This document shows positions 47,912 to 58,675 of a DNA stretch of 64,000 bases, one piece after another. The position numbers and the translations under genes are program-made. The stretch's first letter is position 1. Each line of letters begins with the position of its first letter. The notes beneath the pieces are model-generated. The model was not told where the DNA came from. It worked only from the letters and a program-made list of their open reading frames with translations, and did no database searches. The DNA is taken from positions 34,782,001 through 34,846,000 of the forward strand of contig NC_083414.1 in the NCBI RefSeq assembly GCF_020745735.1. Reading direction: 5' to 3'. Origin of the DNA: Hemiscyllium ocellatum (Eukaryota).

Positions 47912-49548
47912 GCTGCTACTTGGATTTACATTCTGGTGCACTTTTGTCATTTCATCTTTATTTCCAGGCCATCAAGTCTAATGTTTCCTCATGCAACTTT
48001 ACAGCAACACATCGACTTCACAGGTGGAGCATTCCTTGTGAGATTCTGCCAATTTTAATTGGAGTATGATTAAAAGAAAATAGTCATTGACATGAAAAGC
48101 TACGCTGAACAGAGGCACTCGGTGAAGTTTGATCCTCAAAGTGAAGATTTGAAGTATTTTGGTCATACACAAAAGACTTCACTTCAGGTAAAAAGCAGAA
48201 ATGATTCAGTCTAATGCCAGAAGCTTTCTAGCAAACAAATATACTGCCTTATCGGACCAGTCAGTAGTCTTGGTTTCTTCATAACATATCTAATTACAGT
48301 GTAAGCAATGATCTCTCTTGATATTGCACTTGTAGCACATATATCAACGCACCTTCAAATATATCATTCACACTCACAATTTGAGAGTTTCTTTAAGAGT
48401 GTTACTTTTCTTTTCGTAGATTGTCTATAAACTTGAATTCAAATTAACTAGTGCCTTTTCCAAAGGGTAGGAAGAAAATGTAACTCCCCTCCCATCATGT
48501 GTTATTAGCACAACATGTGGCACAAGCTCCATTTAAACATGCACAAAAACAGCTGCTGTCTCAGGACCTCAAAGAACCTCTCAGAACCTCACTGGCTGTA
48601 GTTCAGGGTTTTCAGGGGCAGCACTGCGGTGACAGGAAAAGACAAAGATCCTTTCATGTGGTGCCTAAAGCATCTACATTTCCCTGGTGTTGAAATGATC
48701 ACCCTCACATGGATGTCATGCAGCCCTGGACTAGATTCAAACTCAGCAACAATTTTATACTGACAAACTGACCCTACTTCTAGAACTAACTCCAATGTGA
48801 AGAATCATTTACTGAGTTTTTTTTTTAAACATGTGGAAACAGTTACGTTAGGATATCAGCAAACAAGGGCATCGACAGATCAGAACGCAGCTCTCACAAT
48901 ATCCTTCTTTTTGCAAACTGTGGCAGTGTTGCATTGGAAGTACAAACGTTTCATAATATTTCAGCCCATTTTCTGTTTCAAAGGCCTACTAAGTGTCGAA
49001 GGTCTATTGTTGAAGACTAGATTCAAGTGAAACCATAAACATGCCAATTGAATAACACTCACATCAAATATGAATGAAGCAGAGTGGATGAAGAGGACAC
49101 CACTGTCTCTGAACAACAGTTAAGACTATAAAGTTCTCACTCATCATACTTATTTGGCATTACCAGGAAAAGCTGGGGAATAATGCAAGATTAAGCTTTC
49201 ATAATATATTTATCTATAATATATAGATATCACCTGTTAAGTCCAGTATAGTTTATTTGTTGCAGAATAAAACATTGCTCTGAGTTGTATTTAACATGAT
49301 CATATGCACGTCAACTCTTTGTGTAATTTAATATCTAGCTGGAATATCTAGTCAGAGTGGACATGATTCCCATTTCTCTTTCCTTTCCTGCTGAAAGCAG
49401 TCACTCTCATAAGACATTGGTAACTTTCCACCCATTTGAACCTAAGTATTTGGTTGAAACAGCATCCAAACTTGAGATGAATCATAGATATATTTAGTCA
49501 TGTCCTACTTAACCTGAATCTATGCAAATGTTTTTAAAAGATTTTCCT

Positions 49549-51265
49549 GTGTGGAGGCGGAGGAGATTGGAGAGACATTAAATCAGTACTTTTCATCAGT
49601 ATTCACTCAGGAACAGGACACTGTTGCTGATGTGAATATGGAATCACAAATAATTAGAATGGATGCCCTGGAAATATGCAGGGAAGAGGTTTTGGGAATA
49701 TTGGAAAGGATGAATATAGATAAGTCTCCTGGGCCTGATGGCATTTACCCCAGGATCCTATGGGAAGCTAGGGAGGAGATAGCAGAGCCATTGGCCTGGA
49801 TTTTTATGTCGTCGTTGTCAACAGGAATAGTACCAGAGGACTGGAGGATAGCGAATGTGGTCCCATTGTTCAAGAAAGGGAGTAGGGATAGCCCTAGCAA
49901 CTATAGGCCAGTGAGTCTGACTTCAGTGGTGGGCAAAGTCTTAGAGAGAATGGTAAGGGATAAGATTTATGAACATCTGGGTAGGAATAACGTGATCAGG
50001 GATAGCCAGCATGGTTTTGTGAAGGGCAGGTCGTGCCTCACAAACCTTATTGAGTTCTTTGAGAAGGTGACCAAGGAAGTGGATGAGGGTAAAGCAGTAG
50101 ATGTTGTGTATATGGATTTTAGTAAGGCGTTCGATAAGGTTCCCCATGGTAGGCTAATGCTAAAACTTCGGAGGTATGGCATTGAGGATACATTAGAGGT
50201 TTGGATTAGGAATTGGCTGGCTGGAAGGAGACAGAGGGTAGTAGTTGATGGATTATGTTCATCTTGGAGCGCAGTTACTAGCGGTGTACCACAAGGATCT
50301 GTTTTGGGACCATTGCTTTTTGTTATCTTTATAAATGATCTAGAGGAAGGACTTGAAAGCTGGGTAAGCAAGTTTGCGGATGACACAAAAGTCGGTGGAG
50401 TTGTGGATAGTGAGGAAGGAAGTGGTAGGTTACAGCGGGATATAGATAAGTTGCAGAGCTGGGCGGAAATGTGGCAAATGGAATTCAATGTAGCTAAGTG
50501 CGAAGTCGTTCACTTTGGTAGGAATAACAAGATGATGGATTACTCGGCTAATGGTAGGCTACTTGGTAGTGTGGATGAGCAGAGGGATCTTGGTGTCCAT
50601 GTACACAGATCTCTGAAAGTTGCCACCCAGGTAAATAGTGCTGTGAGGAAGGCATATGGTGTACTGGGCTTTATTGGCAGAGGAATTGAGTTCCGGAGTC
50701 CTGAGGTCATGTTGCAGTTGTATAAGACTCTGGTGCGGCCTCATCTGGAGTATTGTGTGCAGTTTTGGTCGCCATACTATAGGAAGGATGTGGAAGCTTT
50801 AGAACGAGTGCAGAGGAGGTTTACCAGGATGTTGCCTGGAATGGTAGGAAAATCTTATGAGGAAAGGCTGAGGCACTTGGGGCTGTTCTCATTGGAGAAG
50901 AGAAGGTTTAGGGGAGATCTGATAGAAGTGTATAAGATGATTAGGGGTTTAGATAGGGTAGATACTAAGAACCTTTTACCGCTAATGGAGTCAGGTGTTA
51001 CTAGGGGACATAGCTTTAAATTAAGGGGTGGTAGGTATAGGACAGATGTTAGGGGTAGATTCTTCACACAGCGGGTTGTGAGTTCATGGAATGCCCTGCC
51101 CGTATCAGTGGTGAACTCTCCTTCTTTATGGTCATTTAAGCGGGCATTGGATAGGCATTTGGAAGTTATTGGGCTAGTATAGGTTAGGTAGGATTCGGTC
51201 GGCGCAACATCGAGGGCCGAAGGGCCTGTACTGCGCTGTATCCTTCTATGTTCTATGTTCTATGT
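49549..51265 (+). mobile_element. Young 5'-truncated CR1/HER1 LINE
   Basis: Uninterrupted RT frame, retained CpGs, (TTCTATG)3 tail. Confidence 0.95.
49551..51182 (+). CDS. CR1 ORF2 reverse transcriptase, N-terminally truncated (no endonuclease)
   Basis: 543 codons: KSPGPDGI, YRPVSLTS, QHGF, DFSKAFDKV, GVPQGSVLGP, FADD. The GTG start is only the truncation point. Confidence 0.85.
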   Translation: MEAEEIGETLNQYFSSVFTQEQDTVADVNMESQIIRMDALEICREEVLGILERMNIDKSPGPDGIYPRILWEAREEIAEPLAWIFMSSLSTGIVPEDWRIANVVPLFKKGSRDSPSNYRPVSLTSVVGKVLERMVRDKIYEHLGRNNVIRDSQHGFVKGRSCLTNLIEFFEKVTKEVDEGKAVDVVYMDFSKAFDKVPHGRLMLKLRRYGIEDTLEVWIRNWLAGRRQRVVVDGLCSSWSAVTSGVPQGSVLGPLLFVIFINDLEEGLESWVSKFADDTKVGGVVDSEEGSGRLQRDIDKLQSWAEMWQMEFNVAKCEVVHFGRNNKMMDYSANGRLLGSVDEQRDLGVHVHRSLKVATQVNSAVRKAYGVLGFIGRGIEFRSPEVMLQLYKTLVRPHLEYCVQFWSPYYRKDVEALERVQRRFTRMLPGMVGKSYEERLRHLGLFSLEKRRFRGDLIEVYKMIRGLDRVDTKNLLPLMESGVTRGHSFKLRGGRYRTDVRGRFFTQRVVSSWNALPVSVVNSPSLWSFKRALDRHLEVIGLV

Positions 51266-52714
51266 AGATGTCAGCTTGTTCATTTATTGTGGTTAACATC
51301 TCATTCGGTATTCATGTGCCCAATCTCTCTCATGGGTTACATGAGGTGAAAAAATCCTGTTTACTTTCCCCTGCGTTACCCAAAGCCTAACTATACCAAT
51401 TAATATCTAAGAGAGGTACTTTGGAAGTGAATGGAGAGAGTTAATACAGAAGTATGTTGGCAAGTGCACTTGGGTTTTGTAAAACATGTCTGATTTTACG
51501 TGTCAGCTTCACTCTTTAAGTAGTGCCTAAATCTAAATCAGAAGATTACGGGTTTCAAGCCTCATTTCAGAACTTGAATTCATCGTTGAAAGTAATTGTA
51601 CCAAAAGTTCTGCCCTTGGATCCTTGATCCTTGGCTATCTGACCCACAATGCCCAGACAATCAAGCTGCATTTTGCCAATTTTGATGTAGCCTGGACGTT
51701 TGGAAAATAAGATTATTGTTCTTAGCACAATTGTATCATTGCTGAGTAAATCCCAAATTTGAACATCAATGACCTGTCATGATCTAAAATTAAAGAGAGA
51801 TAAATGAGCATGGCCGTAAACTTAACTGTTGACTTTTTAGCTTGATGGCTTATGTCAAAGCATTCTGCAGAGAGAGTAAAAAGTTGGGTCCTATTAATGT
51901 TGGCCAATGCAATATTAAAGGAATACAGGTTTATCTGAAATCATACACGTAATATCAAGTTGACTACCTTACTGTTACACTGATTCAAGAGGAAGAGAAG
52001 GATTTTGAAACACCATTTGAAAGATAAGCAACTTATTCCCCCTTCAATCAACACCCCAACACCCAATTAACTAGTCATGTACTTCATTTTGAGATTTTGC
52101 TTCATGAATAATGTTCTGCTTGAATAACAGCAATATATTTCCAACTAATTCACTGGAGCATTTGAAAGGGGTGGTAGTAATGGAATCCATCTCATAACCA
52201 AGTGTAGCCATGTTCATGATAACTTACCCCCTTGAAATTCCAGCCACTGACTGCAGAAAGTAGGGAGGAGGTGCTACCTTGCTGTAAGGTAGGCCTGGGA
52301 AACAAAAGTGATAAAAACAGAGCAGTTAATGTCAGAATTGTTTCCAATCATCAGATAATAGATTTAAAGTTTACAAATAATCCATCAATCAGCATGAATT
52401 CTGAAGGGTCCATAGACCCAACATGAGTTTTTCCAGCTATTTCTGTTTTTGCTTCTACATTTCCAGATCAGTTCGGAGTGGGACACTCAATGACCAAATA
52501 AAAATAACTTATGTTCACCATTATTTCTTCTTATATTTGGTACTATGTGTGATCATTTTCAATTCCACCTGCCATTGGTCCATATTCAGATGCAGGAAGA
52601 CCTGAACAACATGCAGGCTTGGATTGACATGTGGTAAGTAACACTGGGGCTCAAATGCCATACAACAACATTCCTCAACAAGTTGCTTTGACAAATAGTG
52701 TTAAGGGAATTCAA

Positions 52715-54493
52715 AGGGACAACAGGGTAACTAGGGAGAGAATAGGGCCCCTTAAAGATCAGCAAGGCTGCCTCGGTGTGAAACTGCAGGAGATAGAGTA
52801 AGATACTAAATGAGTATTTTGCCTCAGGTGTTTACCATGGAGAAGGATATGGACAATATAGAATTTGGGGAAATAAATAGCAACATCTTGAAAAATGTCC
52901 ATATTACAGAGGAAGAGGTGCTAGATGTTTCAACATGCATAAAGGTGGATAAATCCTCGGAACCTGATCAGGTGCACACTAAAACTCTATTGGAAGCTAG
53001 GGAAGTGATTGCTGGGCCCCCATGCTGACATATTTGTCTCATCAATAGTCATAGGTGACATGTTGGAGGGTGGCTAATGTGGTGCCACTATTTAAGAAAA
53101 GTGATAATGAAAAGCCAGGGAATTATAGACGAGTGAGCCTGACATTGGTGGGAATCTTGACAGATAGGAGTTACATATATTTGATAAGGCAAGGATTGAC
53201 TGGGGATAGTCAACATGACTTTGTGCATGGGAAATCGTGTCTCACTAAGTTGATTGAGTTTTTTGAAGAAATATGGAAAAGGATTGATGAGGGCAGAGCA
53301 GTAGATGTGATCTATATAGACTTCAGTATGGTGTTCAACAAGTTCCTCATGGTAGACTGGTTAGCAAGATTAGAGGTCATGGAATAAAGAAAGAACTATC
53401 CATTTGAATACAGAACAGGCTCTAAGGTAAAAGGTAGACGTTGGTGGTGGAGGGTTGCGTTTCAGACTGGAGACCTATGACCAGTGGTGTGTCACAAGGA
53501 TTGTGCTGGGTCCACTGCTTTTTGTCATTTATATAAATGATTTGGATGTGAACATAGGAGGTATAGTTAGTAAGTTTGAGACATACACCAAAATTGGAGG
53601 TGAATTGGACAGTGAAAAAGGTTACCTCAAAGTACAGTGGGATCTTGGTCAGATGGGCCATGGGGTGGAAGAGTGGCAGATGGAGTTTAATTTAGGTAAA
53701 AGTAAGTTGCTGTATTTTGGAAAGGCAAATCAGGACAGGACACATATATACTTAATGGTAAGGTCCTGCAGACTGTTGCTGAACAAAGAGACTTTGGAGT
53801 GCAAGTTCATTGTTTCTTGAACGTGGAGTGACAGTAGACAAGATAGTGTAGAAAGTGGTTGGTAAGCTTGCCTTTATTGGTCAGTGAATTGAATATAGGA
53901 GTTGGAAGGTCATGTTGCGGCATGGTTTGTACAGAACATTGGTTTGGCAACTTTTCATATACTGCATGCAATTCTGGTCTCCCTGCTTTAGGAAAGATTT
54001 TGTGAAATTTGGAAGAATTCAGAAAAGATTTACCAAGGATGTTGCCAGGGCTGTGCTGTAAGGAGAGGCTGAAAAGGCTGAAGCCATTTTCCCTGGAGCA
54101 TCAGAGGCTGAAAGGTAACCTTACAGAGGTTTATAAAATCTTGTGGGGCATGGATAGAGTGAATCTCCAAGGTCTTTTCCTCGGAGTGGGGAAATCCAAA
54201 AATAGAGGGCACAGGTTTAAGGTGAGAGGAGAAAAAAATTAAAAGGGTCCTAAGGGACAACTTTTTCATGCAGAAGGTGATGCATGTCTGGAATGAACTG
54301 CCAGAGGAACTGGTGGAGGTTGATCCAAAAACAATATTTAAAAGGCATCCGGATGGTTATATGAATAGAGAGGGTTTAGAGGGATATGGGCCAAATGCTG
54401 GCTATGGGGACTAAATTAATTTAGGATAGTTAGTCGGCATGGATGAGTTGTACTGAAAGATCTGTTTCCATGCTGCACAACTTTGTGACTCTA
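52715..54493 (+). mobile_element. Decayed CR1/HER1 LINE (RT to 3' end) inside a second-family CR1 remnant (about 52590-54800)
   Basis: Frameshifted ORFs 52810, 53055, 53455 and 54009 with RT motifs. GACTCTA tail. Confidence 0.9.
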
Positions 54494-54799
54494 AATGGGA
54501 ATTCAACCACCTCCCCTTGAAGTTCTATGCCAATTCATTTAGAGATTCTCTTATCATTGCCTCTAAAGTCAATGGACCAGCCATATAAATACTGTAGCTA
54601 CAAAACTAGGTCAGAGGTTGGGAATTCTGTGGTCAAACAACTGACTCCTGTCTCCTAAAATTCTACTTTCAACAAATCTCAAGTAAAAGGTGTGATTAGA
54701 TACTGCCCACTTACTATTGTGACTCCAATACTGATAAAGCATGATAGCATCTAAGACAAAGCAGCCTGGTTGAAAAGCATCCTGTTTACCTTCTTAATC

Positions 54800-55973
54800 C
54801 GCTGGAAGGTATGATGGTAAAGAGAAAGGCTGAGGAGGCCATAACTCCACTCCATGTTGGCCTGGTTCAAAGTCGCCACTGGGTCAGTATGACCCATCTG
54901 GATTCAACCATCCAGAGGAAGAACCAGACCTTTTCTGGTCTATCACAGTAAGTGTCACCATCTTCTCTCTCTGCCACCTTACTCTAACTTTCTTATCTGT
55001 TCTTCTGCACCCATATCCCACCAAGGCTCATGATCTGCCACTCTCACATCACCTTCCCTCATTCACCCTTACCTATTCCAATCCCCATACTGCTAAACCT
55101 GCATGGCCCCTGTGCTGCTTACTCACTCACTCTACACGCCTCACCACTTTTTATCCACCTACACCAGCACCATCATCCGTGCCATCCACTTTCATTGCCC
55201 TCCATCTCTCCCCATGTCTCATTCCAAGAGAAAACAGCCTACATTAGTGCAGAAAGGGGCAAGTTGGATAATGGGATGCTGGACAACTGGCTCCACATCC
55301 CCAAAGGGAGGGTTCTGGCAGTGACTGTGAGCTGTTGAGTGACTGTGTTCAAGCCCTTGGACTGATATTGGAGACTGTCTTCAACTTAATGTGCCATGTC
55401 ACCCTGACTGGAGGGTGTTTCTTTTGGCTTAACTATCCATTATACTTTGAGCCACATTTGGTTGAAGTACTTGCAATATGCTGATTGCATAGGCTGCTGG
55501 CACATGGTGCAGGTCAGAGGTTGACAGTAGCACAGTGCTATACAGCAACACGTCTGCATCTTTGAACGAAGCTCCATGGACATGGAGTGCATGAAGCTGC
55601 TGTCCATGAAGTGTGCTCTGAAATACTCATGCCACGTGTCCAAGCTGGAGGTCCGGACCCGGATTCGTCAGCTCACTGTTCTGGCTTTCACATCAGGAAT
55701 TCTCAGCTTCTAGTTTCTATTCGGCAGGCGGTAGAATGGGTAATTGTATATTAATGAGGCAAGACTAAATATTGCTAATGATTGAGAATGAATGCTAATA
55801 GATCGGTAGCTGCTTGCTAGCAACAATCTAGGTTTGCTGTTCAACAACTGGTTGGAAAATGGGACATTTTGTTCTCAACGTTGAAATGGTCCTTGCTCAA
55901 CATCTCACCAGATTTCTCTAAACGTCTTGCCATGGTCATATCATTTAAGATTTTGAATGAGAAGATTTTGCCC
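54800..55973 (+). mobile_element. Second decayed Harbinger-like remnant
   Basis: MLAWFKVA...GTAAGT donor, C-rich intron, then EKTAYISAERGKL, paralleling 29250-29760. Ends AAGATTTTGCCC. Confidence 0.45.
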
Positions 55974-56479
55974 CAAGTGTTTGTCTCGTCTTGGCTCCAT
56001 CAAACGTTAATTTGGCTAACAGTCTCATGGACTCCTCCCCATGACTTGCCCAAAAACCTAAACAGATCATGTAAATGGGTTTGAAGGATTACAAATCTCC
56101 ACTGTATTTTAAATGTGAGCAGACAAATTAATTAAGTTCCTGACAACCTTTAATTTGTCATTTGATTAAAACTTTGCTGCTTGGTGATGTTGTTAGCTAG
56201 GATTCTTTCAAAACATTTGCTAATTTATGCAGACATCACCTTTTGTCCACTTAAAATGTGAGGAATGACTGAACAGGAAGGATTTTTAATATAATCAGGA
56301 TTTTAATTATTCCAAATTATTTGGACAGTAAATTATTTACTGTAATGTCAAACCTTTAGTTACTGCTTTTTCACAATAAGTTAGGGCCCACTATATCATA
56401 ATTCAGAGCCATGCCATTGAAGTGAGGGAAAGGAAACATAAACCAATATTTAACACTGAACTAACAACACAGTGAGCAT

Positions 56480-56640
56480 TTAGCTGAACAATGTAATTTG
56501 TCAGATGTTGCTATGTGCAAACTGGGTTCTATATTTCCTCTATTTTCACATTTCAAACACAGTTTATTTAATTGTGAAGCGCTTTGGGGTATCCTGAGAT
56601 CATGAACAGCAGCTTTATGCAAAGAATTTTGTTCTTTCTT
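56480..56640 (+). mobile_element. Ancient SINE/L2-type 3' tail
   Basis: TGTGAAGCGCTTTGGGGTATCCTGAGATCATGAA...TTCTTTCTT. Confidence 0.5.
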
Positions 56641-57314
56641 CCCGATGTTTAACTTCACAGATACAGGGACATGCAGGCAGACTGAAGTGAAGCCTATTTT
56701 AAAGGAACACATTGGGAATTTGTCAAAATGTCCGAAATAATGAGTTAACTGAAAAAGACAGATTAATGGCTATTTTCACATATATAGATTTCAAGAAACT
56801 AATAGTTTGAGATCATTTATCAAAGTTTGAAAAACAATTTGCTTAAATTGGCATTGATCAGGAATATGAAAGTCAGACTTCCGCTAACATATAAAACACA
56901 CTAACTTTGAATCATGTTCAGTGTTTAAATATACCAAGTAGAGACTACTACTGGCCAAAAACAGATTGACAGTACAATGGGCCTGAATATTTGTTAATTT
57001 TCGTGCTTGATATTTTATAATTTTATAACTTATAATTGTTTTAAAACTGAAGGCGCCTTGCACAAAATCTGAAGTAGGACTAACGTTGATTTTCACTGAC
57101 CCAGAGACGTCATTTGGTAGAAGGTAACATTTGGAAAAGAGGACTGTCAGAAAACAAATCCGGAAATGCTGTAAATATCAAAGCAGAAAAATCATCCTCA
57201 TCTTCTTTTCATCCTTTTATGATTCCTATTTTCATTGCTAAACTCAGAACTTGTAAAAGTCCATATATATTAGAAATCTTCTGTCCACATGTATATACCA
57301 TTGAAATTCTAGTT

Positions 57315-57945
57315 ATCATTATATAATCATTGGCAGGCCCTTGCAGGATGACTATCTTCTACTCTCTGGGTGAGTCCACAGGCGACTGTACAATCCAATT
57401 TGACTTCTACACTTGGGGCAGAAGATGGTCGCAAGAAGAGTTGGGTGGGGTGTTGATGATGCAGTGCACTGACTTCTGCTTTTGCCCAGATGGCAAGTCT
57501 CAAGGTGCTCGACACCTTCCTGGATGCCCTGCCTCCACTTTGGACGGTCTTCAGCCAGTGATTCCAAAGTGTCTGGAGGAAAGCTGCACTTTGCCAATGA
57601 GGCCTTGAGGGTATCACTGAAACGCTTCCTCTGTCATCTCAGGGCTCACCTGCCATTTTGAAGCTGGGAGTACAGCACCTGCTTGGGAAGTCTTGTGTTG
57701 GTTGTGCAGACAACGTGCCCAGCCCATCGTAGCCAATCAAGAGTGGTCAGTCCCTCGGCGCTGGGAATGTTGGCCTGGTCGAGAATGTTGGTGTTGGTGC
57801 ATCTTTCTTCCCAGTGGACTCACAGGATCTTGCATCGGCAGCTTTGGTGATACTGTTTCAGCACCTCGTGGTGTCTACTGTAGAAAGTCCACATGTCAGA
57901 GCCACATAGGAGAATGGGAACTACCACAGATTGTGGTCCCAATCA
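57315..57945 (-). mobile_element. RTE-clade LINE 3' end
   Basis: LRWAGHVV...RLPKQVLYSQL...ESLAEDRPKWRQGIQEGV...CPKCRSQIGLYSRLWTH (C-terminal zinc-finger remnant). Confidence 0.85.
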
Positions 57946-58322
57946 ATATCAACACTTATTAAAAGCTACATACAAAGACATTCAGAATAGAAATTCTGAA
58001 TGTAAACAGTTGCTTGTAAATATGTAGTTGTAGACTCTGTATAGCATATGGAGCAGATTTCTGAAGTCTCTTTTGTCCACTCTGTGCCATGTTTTCCATG
58101 AAGAATCAAAATTCTATGATCAGCTTGCCATGAGGTGTCTCAGAGACAACTTATCAGTTACATAAACACCTCCACAGCATAATGCATGTTTGCAGACAAA
58201 TTTCCAAATTGTCCATTTTGCTTTTCATCAGAAGAAAAGCCCTTCATTCATTTCCTGACACCAACATTACTGCAGTGTACAAGAATACCCATTTTGAAAA
58301 ATGTATTATTTAAATACTCTCA

Positions 58323-58675
58323 AAAATCTTAAGAAGTCTTCATCAACAACAAAAACTGAAGTTGCTGGATAAACTCAGCAGGTCTGGCAGCATCCATAGA
58401 GAGAAATCTAAGTTAACTCGATTTCAATGGACCCAAAATGTTAATTATGATCTCTCTCCACAAATGCTGCCAGACCTGCTGAGTTTTTTCCAGGAACTTC
58501 ATTTTTTGTTGTTGATAAAGACTTCTTAAGATTTTAAAATCCAATTTAACTCGATTTCACTGGACCCAAAATGTTAACTCTGATCTCCCTCTATGGATAC
58601 TACCAGACCCGCTGAGCTTTACCAGCATTTTCTGCTTTTGTTTCTGATTTACAGCATTCACAGTTCTTTTGTTTT
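58323..58675. mobile_element. PLE family D compound insertion (palindrome plus tandem partial copy)
   Basis: Palindrome 58323-58535 and a second direct copy at 58546-58675. TSD TTAAGAAGTCTTCAT / TTAAGAAATCTTCAT at 58329-58343 and 58676-58690. Confidence 0.78.

Noticed and set aside
48092-48188. ATG-initiated frame ending at CAG|GTAAAA as a first coding exon
   Set aside because: Weak donor, unrecognised peptide and no promoter or CpG island support.
49520-49531. CTATGCAAATGT as the TSD of the young CR1 (versus CTATGTAGATGT at its tail)
   Set aside because: Two mismatches and a 17-nt offset from the 5' junction are unconvincing for so young a copy.
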